Assembly: GCA_051955985.1 (NCBI GenBank)
Contig: JBQCGD010000071.1
Location: forward strand, 27,036-91,035
From: Phycisphaerae bacterium
GTDB taxonomy: Bacteria; Planctomycetota; Phycisphaerae; WQYP01
DNA length: 64,000 nucleotides
Direction: 5' to 3'
Part shown: piece by piece, positions 9,311-19,447 of the stretch
Numbering within the stretch: the first letter of the stretch is position 1
How the letters are laid out: each line of letters begins with the position of its first letter
The notes under the pieces: model-generated
Databases searched by the model: none
Seen by the model: the letters and a program-made list of their open reading frames with translations, nothing else
What the model was told of the DNA's origin: nothing
Translations under genes and position numbers: made by a program

Positions 9311-10750
9311 TCACTTATCTCGTGGGAGAAACGGCCGCGCGCTCAACGACTTCCCGACCAGCGTGCGTCCCGCCCAGATATCCTTCAACTGCCCCGTCGT
9401 GATCGCCTGAGTCATGATGTTTCCGAGTGCCGTCGCTTCGACGGGCCCGGCGAGCACGCGCAGTCCGGTCGCATCCGCGGCCAATTGATTCAGCAGATGG
9501 TTCTGCGATCCCCCGCCGACGATGTGCAGCACCTTGAACTGCTTGCCGGTGATCTCCTCGAGCATCTTCAGGACGCGTGCATATCCGGCGGCGAGCGATT
9601 CGAGGATGACCCGCACGAATTCCCCATGCGTTTTCGGAATCCGCTGGTTCGTCCGGGTGCACTGCGCGACGATTTTGCCGGGCATGTTTCCGGGCGTGGA
9701 AAACGCGGGGTCCTCCACATCCAGCAGCGCGATGTTTGCATCCGCCGCCTCGGCCATCTGCGTCAGGGTGGCGTAATCGTATTCCGTCCCTTCGCGCTGC
9801 CACTCGCGCCGGCACTCCTGGAGCAGCCAGAGGCCGGCGAGGTTTTTCAGCAGACGGATTTTTCCGCCGACGCCCCCTTCGTTCGTCACGTTGTATTGCG
9901 CCGCTTTCTCGGTAAGCACGGGCTGGTCCGTCTCGGCCCCGAGGAGCGACCACGTGCCGCTGGAAAGGTAGAGCCAGTCACCCTGCGCGGGATTGGCCGG
10001 CACCGCGGCGACGGCGGAGGCGGTGTCGTGACCGCCGACGGCGATGACCGGGACGTTCGACAGCTTTTCATTCACTTGCGGGAGCACGGCGCCGCGGACG
10101 GAATTCTTTTCGCCCGGGATGGAGATCGGCGGGAACAGGGCGGGATCGATGCCGATGGTCTTGAGGACTTCCGGCGACCATTGCCGGGTCCTGGCATCGA
10201 GCATCTGCGACGTGGAGGCGATCGTGTAATCGGTGCCTTTCCGACCGGTGAGGAAATAGGTGACCAAGTCCGGCAGGAAGAGGATGCTCTTGGCCGCGGC
10301 CAACTGCGGCGAATTTCCGAGGGAGAGCGCGGCCATCTGGAAGAGCGTGTTGAGGGACATCGTCTGGATGCCGGTGATGGAGTAGATCTTCTCTTTGGGC
10401 ATCCGCGTGAAGACGGCCTCGACCATGGGTTCGGTCCGCGGGTCGCGATAGCAGACCGGGTTTCCGAGCAACTCTCCGTTGGCGTCGAGCAACCCGAAAT
10501 CCACGCCCCAGGTGTCGACGCCGATGCCGGAAATTTCGTGCCCGCTCGCCCCCTTTGCGATGCCGGTCTTGATCTCGTGCCAGAGGCGCAGGATGTCCCA
10601 ATGGAGGCGTTTTCCGACCTGCACGGAGATGTTGGGGAAGCGATGCAGCTCGGTGAGTTTAATTCCGGCGTCGGAGACGGTCCCGAGCATCACACGACCC
10701 GATTCTGCGCCCAGGTCTATCGCCAGGTAATGTTTCTCACCACTCGCCAT
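9311..10750 (-). CDS. rhaB: rhamnulokinase (FGGY carbohydrate kinase)
   Basis: LAIDLGAESGRVMLG, GIDTWGVDFGLLD, VGGHDTASAV, HIVGGGSQNHLLNQ motifs closely parallel E. coli RhaB. Confidence 0.8.
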   Translation of the reverse strand: MASGEKHYLAIDLGAESGRVMLGTVSDAGIKLTELHRFPNISVQVGKRLHWDILRLWHEIKTGIAKGASGHEISGIGVDTWGVDFGLLDANGELLGNPVCYRDPRTEPMVEAVFTRMPKEKIYSITGIQTMSLNTLFQMAALSLGNSPQLAAAKSILFLPDLVTYFLTGRKGTDYTIASTSQMLDARTRQWSPEVLKTIGIDPALFPPISIPGEKNSVRGAVLPQVNEKLSNVPVIAVGGHDTASAVAAVPANPAQGDWLYLSSGTWSLLGAETDQPVLTEKAAQYNVTNEGGVGGKIRLLKNLAGLWLLQECRREWQREGTEYDYATLTQMAEAADANIALLDVEDPAFSTPGNMPGKIVAQCTRTNQRIPKTHGEFVRVILESLAAGYARVLKMLEEITGKQFKVLHIVGGGSQNHLLNQLAADATGLRVLAGPVEATALGNIMTQAITTGQLKDIWAGRTLVGKSLSARPFLPRDK

Positions 10751-10841
10751 GATTCATTCCTCTCGCAAACGGATGCAGGCCCGATTGTAAGGCAGCGCCC
10801 GCAACTTGAGGAGGGATGGGGGTGTCAGCGGGGTGGTGATT

Positions 10842-11612
10842 TCAGCGTTTTGCCTGCGAGTGCTCGATCAGCCGCTGAACGTGGTCGTCCGGCAGGGCGA
10901 GCGCGCCGCCGCAGCTCTGGGCGGTCACGTAGGCCCGGGCGGCTTTTTGGGTCATGGCGGTCGCGGCGAGCACGGCTTCGGCCGTGGGACCGAGGGCGAT
11001 CATCCCGTGGTTGCCCAGCAGAATCGTCGCGGGTGGTTCGCCGTACTGGTTCATGTAGGTTTCCAGCCGGTACCGCAGTTCCACGGCAAGTGGCAATCCT
11101 GGATCCATGTAGGGGACAAAGAGCGAGCGCGGCCCGCACAACTGCACCTGCTGCGGAAAAAGGCGGACGGTGGCGAACGCTTCCGCCTTTGGGGAGGCCA
11201 TGATTCCGGCGACATAGGTGGGATGGGTGTGGCCGATGAAGCGGATTCCCGGGAGATCGAGGAGGACGGCGTGGAAGAAGGCTTCCTTCGAAGGCATGGG
11301 CGCGTGCGCCGGGCTGGCGGCGTGGAGGCAGTCGACGATGGCTGCGCGGCTGGCATTGGGTTTTCTGGCGACGAGCTGCAGCAGGGGCTCGAAGGTCAGC
11401 GGGACAAAATCGTCTTCCTTGGCTTTCTGGAGGTATTTCCCGGAGGCCTTGAGGAGGAAGGTCTTCCCATCCACTTTTGCCGAGCAGTCCCCTTCGTTGT
11501 GAATCACGTACTCATTGGCCGGATCGCCCAAGGCGTGAGCGAAGGGCAGGAGTTCGGCCACTACAGATCGATGCGGCATTTGCTCGGGTCCCCTAGAGAG
11601 ATGACGGCTCAT
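10842..11612 (-). CDS. class II aldolase/adducin family protein, putative rhamnulose-1-phosphate aldolase
   Basis: HTHP zinc-ligand motif, about 256 aa, immediately downstream of rhaB on same strand; RBS AGGAAGG before ATG 11612; appears as C-terminal part of artefactual 953-aa ORF in the track. Confidence 0.7.
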   Translation of the reverse strand: MSRHLSRGPEQMPHRSVVAELLPFAHALGDPANEYVIHNEGDCSAKVDGKTFLLKASGKYLQKAKEDDFVPLTFEPLLQLVARKPNASRAAIVDCLHAASPAHAPMPSKEAFFHAVLLDLPGIRFIGHTHPTYVAGIMASPKAEAFATVRLFPQQVQLCGPRSLFVPYMDPGLPLAVELRYRLETYMNQYGEPPATILLGNHGMIALGPTAEAVLAATAMTQKAARAYVTAQSCGGALALPDDHVQRLIEHSQAKR

Positions 11613-11792
11613 GATACCTTCCTCCTTTTTCCGGAGCGAACGGGAGGTGGGCGGAAGGAAGCGGCGGAGGGCGATAAAACCGGACTTTGCCGGCTTGCGA
11701 CCTGTGCTCTGCGGAGGCGGCGGCGGGCCGCGGGCAGGCCGTTTCCACCGTTGTGCTGCTTGATCTGCTACAATTGGCCGATGAGGTAAACG

Positions 11793-13556
11793 ATGGCGGC
11801 CTGGCGTGACGACAAAATTCTGGAGCTGGCCACCCAGCTTTCCTACTCTCCCGCGGAAAAGCGGCGGGAGCAGTTGGATGCCGCGATCGATCTCGTTCCC
11901 ACACTGCATCCGGACAAATCGTATCCGTGGGATTTCGTGCATTTTCGAATCACGGGGTTCCAACCGCGCGCGCATTCCGAGCACACGGTGGCGGGGAAGG
12001 TTCTGCTGGCGGACCTTTCCACGCTGATCGAATTTCTTTCGGACACGCTCTCGATCAAGGTGGATGAGCCGCTGGCGGCGGGGGAGAGCGTTTTGTCGAT
12101 GGAAGAGGTGTCGCGCAAGTTTTCGGTGTCGTTGAAGACGATTCAGCGGTGGCGGAAGCAGGGGCTGATCGCGCTGCGGTACATTTATCCGGACGGGCGG
12201 CGGCGGATTGGTTTCCGGGAAGCGGCGGCCGCGCAATTTGCCGCGGCGAACAGGGAGCGGGTGGAGAAGTCGGCGACGTTCAAGCAGCTGTCGGCGGAGG
12301 AACGCCGGCAGATCATCGAGCTTGCCCGGCGTTTCCTGTCGCACGCCGGGGGGGCGCGGCACTCGCTTACGGAGATTGCGCAGCGCATTGCGGAGCGCGT
12401 CGAGCGGAGCCCGGAGACGATCCGCTACACCATCCGGCAGTATGACGCCGATCACCCGGAGGCGGCGCTTTTTCCGGAGAACGGGGAGAGCATTCGCACG
12501 GACCGAAGCGCGGGGGCGGAGCCGGTGGACGGGGGCACGCCGGTCGGCGAGGCGGCGCAGGCCCAGGCGGCATTTGGCGGGAGCGATGCGGAGGAAGCCG
12601 CGGGGCAGCATGCGGAGAAACTTCGTTCGCTGCTGATTCCGTTCGTCCACAACCCGCTGTTCGAGCACCCGGATGCGGACAACATTATCCTGACGGTTTT
12701 GCCTGCCGAGGGGTTGGCCAAGGCGCAGGCGAGCGTGGCGGCGGGTACGAATCCGAAGGCGAACGATGTGCTGATGGCGCGGATGCCGCGGGATCTGCCG
12801 CCGTTTTTGGCCGACATTTTCATGCAGCCGATCATGCCGCAGGAACTGGAGACGGATGCGTTTCGGCGGATGAACTACCTGAAGTTCAAGGCGGCGAAGG
12901 CGCAGGCGATGCTGGCGGGGGAAAATGTCTCGGCCGATGCGGTGGCGGGGCTGGAAGCGCTGCTGGCGCAGGCGAACGAATTGAAGAACCAGCTGGTGCA
13001 GGCGAATCTGCGGGTGGCGGTGCACGTGGCTCGGAAGCACGAGCGGTCGAACCGGCCGTTGATCGAGCTGTTTTCGGATGCAACGGTGTGGCTGATGCGG
13101 GCGGCGGACAATTTTGATTTTGCGCGGGGCGGTTCGGAGCATCATGCGCGGTTTTCGACGTATGCCAGCTATGCAATTATGAAGAATTTCGCGCGGGACC
13201 GGGCGGATCGGCTGGCGGGGCCGGAGGCGCGGGTGCTCACCGGGCAGGAGGAGATTCTCAAGACGGTGGGGGCGCGGGAGCATGCGGCGGAAGCGGAGGC
13301 GCCGGCAAGCAATGCGGAGCTGCTGTCGCTGTTGAAGCAGTTGCCGGCGCGGGACCAGGAGCTGTTGACGCATCATTATGGGCTGAACACCGGGAAGGGG
13401 GAGACGGAGCCGCTGAGCTTGTCGCAAATCGGGGACAAGATGGGGATCACCAAGGCGCGGGTGCGGCAGTTGGAAGTGCGGGCGCTGCGGAAGCTGCGGC
13501 AGTTGCTGGAGACGCGGCGCGAACAGTTGCACCAGGCGACGTCCAAGCACAACTAG
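11793..13556 (+). CDS. RNA polymerase sigma-70 family factor with long N-terminal extension
   Basis: Region 2 (VAVHVARKHERSNRPLIELFSDATVWLMRAADNFD...FSTYASYAIMKNF) and region 4.2 HTH (LSLSQIGDKMGITKARVRQLEVRALRKLR); GAGGTAA RBS. Confidence 0.75.
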   Translation: MAAWRDDKILELATQLSYSPAEKRREQLDAAIDLVPTLHPDKSYPWDFVHFRITGFQPRAHSEHTVAGKVLLADLSTLIEFLSDTLSIKVDEPLAAGESVLSMEEVSRKFSVSLKTIQRWRKQGLIALRYIYPDGRRRIGFREAAAAQFAAANRERVEKSATFKQLSAEERRQIIELARRFLSHAGGARHSLTEIAQRIAERVERSPETIRYTIRQYDADHPEAALFPENGESIRTDRSAGAEPVDGGTPVGEAAQAQAAFGGSDAEEAAGQHAEKLRSLLIPFVHNPLFEHPDADNIILTVLPAEGLAKAQASVAAGTNPKANDVLMARMPRDLPPFLADIFMQPIMPQELETDAFRRMNYLKFKAAKAQAMLAGENVSADAVAGLEALLAQANELKNQLVQANLRVAVHVARKHERSNRPLIELFSDATVWLMRAADNFDFARGGSEHHARFSTYASYAIMKNFARDRADRLAGPEARVLTGQEEILKTVGAREHAAEAEAPASNAELLSLLKQLPARDQELLTHHYGLNTGKGETEPLSLSQIGDKMGITKARVRQLEVRALRKLRQLLETRREQLHQATSKHN

Positions 13557-13661
13557 ACAATGGAAACGTGGGCGGCGGGCACGGGGACGGCAGGAAAATT
13601 CCCTTTCTGGGAACGGATGGGGGGCGGATCCCGTTATGGCCATTGATCCATCTTTCAGCGA

Positions 13662-13967
13662 TTGGGACCTGCCATGCCGCACCACTGCCCTGCGTGTTCG
13701 CACGAAACTGCACAGAAGATTCGTTTCACGGCATGGGGCGGGGTGATTGGGCCGCGGCTGCTGTCGCTGGTGCGGTGCAACGGGTGCGGGGTGCAGTACA
13801 ACGGGAAGTCAGGGCGTCGGGTGGAGAAGGCGATCCGGGTGTACACGTCGGTGGCGCTGGGGGTGCTGATCCTGCTGGCGGGGTTGATGATTTATGCCCT
13901 GTTCACGCAGGGGGCGCCGGTGAAGAAGACGGTGGGGCATGGGCAGCCGGCGGGCATTGTTTCGTAA
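13662..13967 (+). CDS. small zinc-ribbon protein with C-terminal TM helix
   Basis: CPAC...CNGC four-Cys pattern then hydrophobic VALGVLILLAGLMIYALF. Confidence 0.35.
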   Translation: MGPAMPHHCPACSHETAQKIRFTAWGGVIGPRLLSLVRCNGCGVQYNGKSGRRVEKAIRVYTSVALGVLILLAGLMIYALFTQGAPVKKTVGHGQPAGIVS

Positions 13968-13985
13968 CGACATTTCGGACCCACG

Positions 13986-15601
13986 TTATTTGGCGGGGAG
14001 TTGCGCTTCGACGCGGTAGGCGATCATCTTGGTGGACGCCATCGTGATGAGGGTCTTGTTGTCGCGCCAGGTGATGGTGCTGCCGGCGAGGAAGGTTTCG
14101 AAGGGCGCGGACTGGTAATCGCCGTCGATACCGACGTAGAGGCGCATCATGCCGGGGTTGAGTTGCGCCTGGAAGGCGACGGTTTTGGAATCGGGAGAGA
14201 AGGTGATGGGGCAGGCGCAGAGGGCGGAGAAGTCGCGGGTGCCGATCTTGCCATCGACGGCGGCGTGCCAGCGCATTTTGTTGCGGATGCCATAGGCGAG
14301 GTGCTGGGAGTCGGGGGAGAAGGCGAGGGTGCCGGCGCCGACGGACTCGTAGGGGCCGAGGGGTTTTTGCTGTCCATCGCGGATGATGAAGGCCTGGTTG
14401 CCGCGGGCGATGGCGAAGGCGTAGTGGCGATGGTCGGGGGAGAGGGTGAAGGTTTGTTCGACGACGCCGTCGAAGGATTCACCGGTGGGGCGGTCGTTGA
14501 GGAAGAGGTTCCATGCGTTACCGCGGCGGGCGACGTAGAGAAGTTTTTCGGTTTTAGCGCTTTCGTTTTCGCGCGGGGCGAGGAAGGCGAGAGTTTCGGC
14601 GTTTACTTCATCGAAGGGGGTCGGGTATTCGGTGGCATTGATGACGACGTGCCATTTGTTTTTGGTTTTGGCGACGAAGGCGAGTTGTTTGGCGTCAGAG
14701 GAGAAGAGGAGGGAGTGCTGGAGGATGCCATCATATTGGGGGGATTGGAAGGGGGTGCGTTCGGTGGTGAAGACTTGCCAGCGTTTTTCGGGGAAGGCGG
14801 CATAGTAGGCGAGGCAGGAGGAGTCGGGGGCCCAGGTGTACCAGGGGAAGATGCGTGCGAGGAGGCGCGGCGGGGCGGTGTGGGATTCGGGCGGGGCGGG
14901 GATAGGGATGCCGTCTTCGAAGAGTTGCATGGTGTTGCGGCCACCCTGGCCGAGGACGAGGACGTGGCGGGAATCGGGGGAGAAGGACATGAGGCCGCAG
15001 TAGGGCAGATTGATGCCGCTTCCGCCTTCAGTGGGCCATTCTTTGCCATCGACGGTGATGTGCCAGTGGAAGTCTTTCTGGTGGATGGTGGCGACGTGTT
15101 GGGAGTCTGGGGAGAAGACGATGGGGCTGCCGCGGCCGCGGAGGCCGGGGATGTCCTGGGCGCCGGTGATGAGGGGCTTGTTGTTGTCGAGGATGGTCCA
15201 GGTGTCGCGGGATCTCATGGCGTAGCCGAGGTGGGCGGAGTCGGGGGAGAAGATGGCGGTGGAGAGTTCGACGGAGGCGAGGCCGGGGCGGCTGTCGAAG
15301 ATCATGCGGATGGGTTCGAGGTGCTGGGCTTCGGCGGATTTTGCATCGATGTTGGCGAGATCGGCGGGGGAGAGGAACCCGGCGTGGGTGGGGAAGGCGA
15401 GGTGGGCGTTGTCGGGGGAGATGTGGATTTCGAGCCCGCCGGCGAGGTGGCCGAGCTCGGTGGTGGTGGTGTGGAGGTCCTGGGGGACGTTGCCGATGAG
15501 GATGGAGAGGTCGCCGGGGGCGGCTTTGGCGGGGGTGGCGGTTCCGAGGGCGAGGAGGAGGAGGGAAGCACGGAGAGCGCGGAGGGCAGGGAGAGAGGGA
15601 G
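13986..15601 (-). CDS. secreted WD40-like (PD40/TolB-type) beta-propeller repeat protein; start codon unresolved
   Basis: Eight FSPDS-type repeats (IFSPDSAHLGY, VFSPDSQHVAT, SFSPDSRHVLV, TFSPDSKTVAF...), signal peptide LRASLLLLALGTATPAKAAPG; no in-frame ATG/GTG/TTG within 75 codons upstream of the signal peptide. Confidence 0.55.
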
Positions 15602-15621
15602 TCGGCGGTTTGGTTATGTGC

Positions 15622-15792
15622 GCTGCATGTGGGTGCCGGTTGTGGGTTTTTGAGCTGAAAATGGGGGTGCATTGGGGCAAAGGCGCAGCGGGCTGCGCCT
15701 TTGGGTGAGGAAGGGGCGCAGCGGGGCGCGCGTTTTGGGGGGGGTGGCTGCATGTGGGTGCAGTCTGGGTGGGGGGAGGCTGCATGGGGGTG
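15622..15792. promoter_or_regulatory. three direct repeats GCTGCATGTGGGTGC in divergent promoter region
   Basis: Copies at 15622..15637, 15746..15760, 15778..15792 (third has one mismatch) between PD40-propeller gene and NTase-like gene. Confidence 0.35.
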
Positions 15793-15983
15793 CAGGGTGT
15801 CGGGCGGGGTGGGAGGGGGTTGGGTTGTTTGGGGATGTGGAAGGTGGTGTGCACGAAGTTCCCCGCGTTCCGCAATTGAGTTTGACACAGAAAGTGGTGA
15901 GAGGCAAGTGGGTGGTTTGTATTTTGTTTGGAGGGCGGGGTTGGGTGGGACGGGCATAGGATGCTCCGTGCGAGAGCGGGCGC

Positions 15984-16592
15984 GTGTATACTGGTGAGAT
16001 GATTCCGTTGACTTCCGACATGACACTTTTGGACAGGATGGTGCTGGGCGTGGAACGGGTGCGCGATCGGTTGATGCGGGCGTCGGCGGCGCTGGAAGCG
16101 GCGGGAATCCCATATGCAGTGGCGGGAGGGAATGCGGTGGCGGCGTGGGTGGCGACGGTGGATGTGGCGGCGGTGCGGAATACGCAGGATGTGGATGTGC
16201 TGTTGCGGCGGGCGGATTTGGATGCAGCGGCGGTTGCGCTGGAGCGTGCGGGATTTATTCGCCGGAATGTGGCGGGGATGGAGGTGTTCCTGGATGGGCC
16301 GGAGGCGAAGGTGCGGGACGCGGTGCATGTGGTGATGGCGGGGGAGAAGGTGAAGCCGGAGTATGAGGCGGCGGCCCCGGATGTGGTGGAGTTTGCGAAG
16401 CCGGGGGAGGGGAACGTGCGGGTGGTGACGTTGGAGGGGTTGGTGCGGATGAAGCTGACCTCGTTTCGGGATAAGGATCGAACGCATCTGCGCGATATGT
16501 TGGAGGTGGGGTTGATCGATCAGGAGTGGGTTCGGCGGTTGGGGGGGACATTGGGGGCGCGGTTGCAGCAGTTGATTGATACGCCGGAGTAG
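15984..16592 (+). CDS. hypothetical protein, possible minimal nucleotidyltransferase fold
   Basis: AGIPYAVAGGNAVAAW...(13 aa)...DVDVLL resembles GS/GG-x(9-13)-DxD NTase signature; GTG at 15984 or ATG at 15999. Confidence 0.4.
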   Translation: MYTGEMIPLTSDMTLLDRMVLGVERVRDRLMRASAALEAAGIPYAVAGGNAVAAWVATVDVAAVRNTQDVDVLLRRADLDAAAVALERAGFIRRNVAGMEVFLDGPEAKVRDAVHVVMAGEKVKPEYEAAAPDVVEFAKPGEGNVRVVTLEGLVRMKLTSFRDKDRTHLRDMLEVGLIDQEWVRRLGGTLGARLQQLIDTPE

Positions 16593-16677
16593 TGAAGCGC
16601 AACGAGGCCGCGAAGTCGCAAGCGTTGGGGCGGGCACGTGCGTTGAATGAACGGTTTGGGTGTGGGGATTAAGATTA

Positions 16678-16704
16678 GCCGATGGGGGCGTCGACTCCAC
16701 TACT
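16678..16704 (-). repeat. family-E hairpin (degenerate copy GCCGATGGGGGCGTCGACTCCACTACT)
   Basis: At stop of FHA-PP2C gene. Confidence 0.45.
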
Positions 16705-18415
16705 CGCGGCGGGCGAGGAGGAAGGTGCGGTCGTCCTGGGACATGCCGAACTGGAGGGAATCGAGGAGATTGGTGAGTTGGGTGGAGAGGGCGTCGCAGG
16801 TGCAGGTGGGGGATGCTTTGATGAGGCGGGTGATGTGGTCGGCGAGAGGGTCTTCGCCGAGGAGGGTGCCGCCTTCGAGGGGGAGTTCGGTGAGGCCGTC
16901 GGTGAAGGTGACGAAGAAGGTGTTGGGGGGGAGGATGGTGGACTGGGAGAGGAGTTGGGCCTGGGGGTCGAGGCCGAGGGGCATGTTGGCTTCGGACTGG
17001 GTGAGTTGGAGGGCGCCATCGGGGGTGATGAGGAGGCCGGGAGGGTGGCCGGCGTTGATGATTTCGAGGGCACCGGTGGCGGGGTCGAGCATGGCGGCGA
17101 GTGCGGTGACGAAGGTGCCTTCGGTGAGGGATTCGGCGAGGTAGAGGTTGAGGTTCTGCATGATGTCGAGGAGTGGGGTGTTTGCGCGCATGGCGGTGTG
17201 GGTCATCATGTGGAGGCTGGAGGCGGTGAGTGCGGCGGGGAGCCCTTTGCCGCAGACGTCGGCGATGATGAGAAGAACCTGGCCGTTTTTGCCGGGGACG
17301 ATGTCGACGTAATCGCCGCCGACCCATTTGCAGGGGGTGAATCCGATGGCGACATCGAGGCCAGGGATTTTGAGGTTGCGGGGGACGAGGCGTTCCTGGA
17401 TGGCGTGAGCGCGGCCGAGTTCGCGTTCGATGGCGGCGTGGGCTTCGCCGAGTTTTTTGCCGGCCCAGGTGGTTTCGGCCTGCTGGAACTGTTTGACGGC
17501 GAGGGCGGCGAGGGCGAGCCATTCGGAGGTGGCGCACTCGGGAGGGAAGAGGACGTAGAGGAGGTCCATGTAGTGTTTTTCGGAGCGGATGGGGACAGCG
17601 ACGGCGGAGATGGCCATGACGTCGGAGGAGATGGAGAGTTCGGCGAAGTCGGGTGTGGGAGGCGGGGTAGGGTGGGGTGCGCTGCCACCCGCAGCACCGG
17701 CGCGAGAACCGGAGGTGTTGCCGGCGAGGACGGGCTCGTTGCGGGCGAGGATGGTGCGGAGCACGGTGCGGGAGACGTAGGGCTGCCAGTCTTTGTAATT
17801 GTCGGCGGCCTCGGCGGGGCAGAGAGGCTTGGGGGATTCGGTGAGGTTTTCCTTGGAGGCGCGGAGGACGAGTGCGGAGCGGCCGCGGAATTCGGAGGAG
17901 ACCATGAGTTTGCTGAGTGCGGCGAAGCGGGCGGCGGGGTCTTCGGTGGCGACGAGGTGCTGGCCGAACTCGGAGAGGGTGGAGAGGTGGGTGGCGGAGA
18001 GGCGCGGGGTGTCGAAGTCTTTGAGGCTGGCGATGCGGCCGACCTGGCCATCGACGACGGAGAGATTGGCGTCGATGGTGGTGGGTGCGGGCGGGGGTTC
18101 GGCGCGGGAGTCTTCGGCGGGGAGGAGGGTGAGGGCGAACTCGCCGAGCTGGAGGAGGTCGCCGGGCTTGATGACGGACTCGGTGACGCGGGCGCCGTTC
18201 ACGTGGGTTCCGTTGCGTGAGCCGAGGTCGCGGATCCACCAGCGGCCGAAGGGGTCGCGGACGATTTCGGCGTGGCGGCGGGAGATGGTGTTGGATTCGA
18301 GGGGGAGGGAAGCGTCGCGAATGCGGCCAATGAGGATGTTCTGCCCCTCGAGCTTGTGGCGGGAGGTGGCGCCGGCGGCGTTACGAACTTCGAGAGAGAG
18401 CGCAGTGGTGGCCAT
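16700..18415 (-). CDS. FHA domain-containing PP2C (SpoIIE-type) Ser/Thr phosphatase
   Basis: N-terminal FHA (GRIRDASLPLESNTISRRHAEIVRD...IRDLGSRNGTHVNG), C-terminal PP2C (GGDYVD...IADVCGKG...TDGLTE). Confidence 0.75.
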   Translation of the reverse strand: MATTALSLEVRNAAGATSRHKLEGQNILIGRIRDASLPLESNTISRRHAEIVRDPFGRWWIRDLGSRNGTHVNGARVTESVIKPGDLLQLGEFALTLLPAEDSRAEPPPAPTTIDANLSVVDGQVGRIASLKDFDTPRLSATHLSTLSEFGQHLVATEDPAARFAALSKLMVSSEFRGRSALVLRASKENLTESPKPLCPAEAADNYKDWQPYVSRTVLRTILARNEPVLAGNTSGSRAGAAGGSAPHPTPPPTPDFAELSISSDVMAISAVAVPIRSEKHYMDLLYVLFPPECATSEWLALAALAVKQFQQAETTWAGKKLGEAHAAIERELGRAHAIQERLVPRNLKIPGLDVAIGFTPCKWVGGDYVDIVPGKNGQVLLIIADVCGKGLPAALTASSLHMMTHTAMRANTPLLDIMQNLNLYLAESLTEGTFVTALAAMLDPATGALEIINAGHPPGLLITPDGALQLTQSEANMPLGLDPQAQLLSQSTILPPNTFFVTFTDGLTELPLEGGTLLGEDPLADHITRLIKASPTCTCDALSTQLTNLLDSLQFGMSQDDRTFLLARRE

Positions 18416-18557
18416 GGCGTTACCGGTGTGAATTCATGACCCTCGATTGGATGGTTCTACTGTACCGGAGGAGCGGCGACACTGCTAACTATTTCCACGC
18501 ATCGGTTTCGTCCGCGAAGGTATTGCGATTGCACGTGGCTTCGCATGGAGGTGCCGC

Positions 18558-19277
18558 ATGCCGGAGTGGTTGATTGTGATTGCGTGGATCGGGGTGGGCC
18601 TGGGCATTTTGTCGGCGGTGATGATCACGATTGATGAGCTGGCGGGGCACCCGCAGCACATGAAGATCATGAACGTGGTGTGGCCGCTGACGGGGCTGTG
18701 GGCGGGGCCGCTGGGGCTGCTGGGGTATTACCGGTTCGGGCGGTTGTCGACGCAGCATGTGATGATGGAAGCGAAAGAGCATGGGGAGACGCCGCCGTCG
18801 AAGAAGAAACCGTTCTGGGCGATCTCCGCGGTGGCGGCGACGCATTGCGGGAGCGGCTGCACGCTGGGCGATTTGATTGCGGAGTGGGGCGTGTTTTTTC
18901 TGCCGGTGGTGCTGACGTGGTTTGGGTACAGAACGATTTTCAGCGACAAGGTGTTTGCGACGTGGGTGATTGATTTCATCCTGGCGTTTCTGCTGGGGAT
19001 TCTGTTTCAGTACTTTACGATTGTGCCGATGAAGCATCTGCCGCCGGGCAAGGGGGTGTGGGCGGCGATCAAGGCGGATGCGTTGTCGCTGACGGCGTGG
19101 CAACTGGGGATGTATGGGTGGATGGCGATTGCGATCTTTGTGTTGTTTGATCATCACTTGCCGAAGACGAGCCCGGTGTTCTGGTTCATGATGCAGATTG
19201 CGATGGTGGCGGGGTTTTTGTGCGCGTATCCGGTGAACTGGTGGCTGGTGCGGTCGGGGATCAAGGAGAAGATGTGA
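18558..19277 (+). CDS. DUF4396-like integral membrane protein
   Basis: 6 TM helices, C-terminal YPVNWWLVRSGIKEKM motif. Confidence 0.55.
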   Translation: MPEWLIVIAWIGVGLGILSAVMITIDELAGHPQHMKIMNVVWPLTGLWAGPLGLLGYYRFGRLSTQHVMMEAKEHGETPPSKKKPFWAISAVAATHCGSGCTLGDLIAEWGVFFLPVVLTWFGYRTIFSDKVFATWVIDFILAFLLGILFQYFTIVPMKHLPPGKGVWAAIKADALSLTAWQLGMYGWMAIAIFVLFDHHLPKTSPVFWFMMQIAMVAGFLCAYPVNWWLVRSGIKEKM

Positions 19278-19419
19278 CGGCGCGGGGGGGGGCGCGGCTG
19301 GGAGATGAGCGCGTTGAGGGGATGCAATGTGTCGGGTGCATGGTTCGCGACGACGCAAGCGTAGGCGGGGATCGCCGTGTTGTGCGAGACGCTGCGCAGG
19401 TGAGGACCACAAGGGAAGA

Positions 19420-19447
19420 GCCGACGGGGGCGTCGGCTCCACTTTTA
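19420..19447 (-). repeat. family-E hairpin GCCGACGGGGGCGTCGGCTCCACTTTTA
   Basis: At stop of lipoprotein gene 19445..20647. Confidence 0.5.

Noticed and set aside
10842-13703. 953-aa minus-strand ORF rich in Arg/Pro/His
   Set aside because: It is antisense to the well-supported sigma-70 gene. Only its C-terminal 256 codons (10842..11612) encode a real protein, the class II aldolase. Similar R/P- or G/E-rich artefact ORFs were dropped at 13986..18239 (5' part), 14001..15653, 16682..18220, 22037..23116, 26476..28383, 28514..29119, 36348..37358, 40235..43009, 44369..45733, 53356..54672 and 60291..63917.
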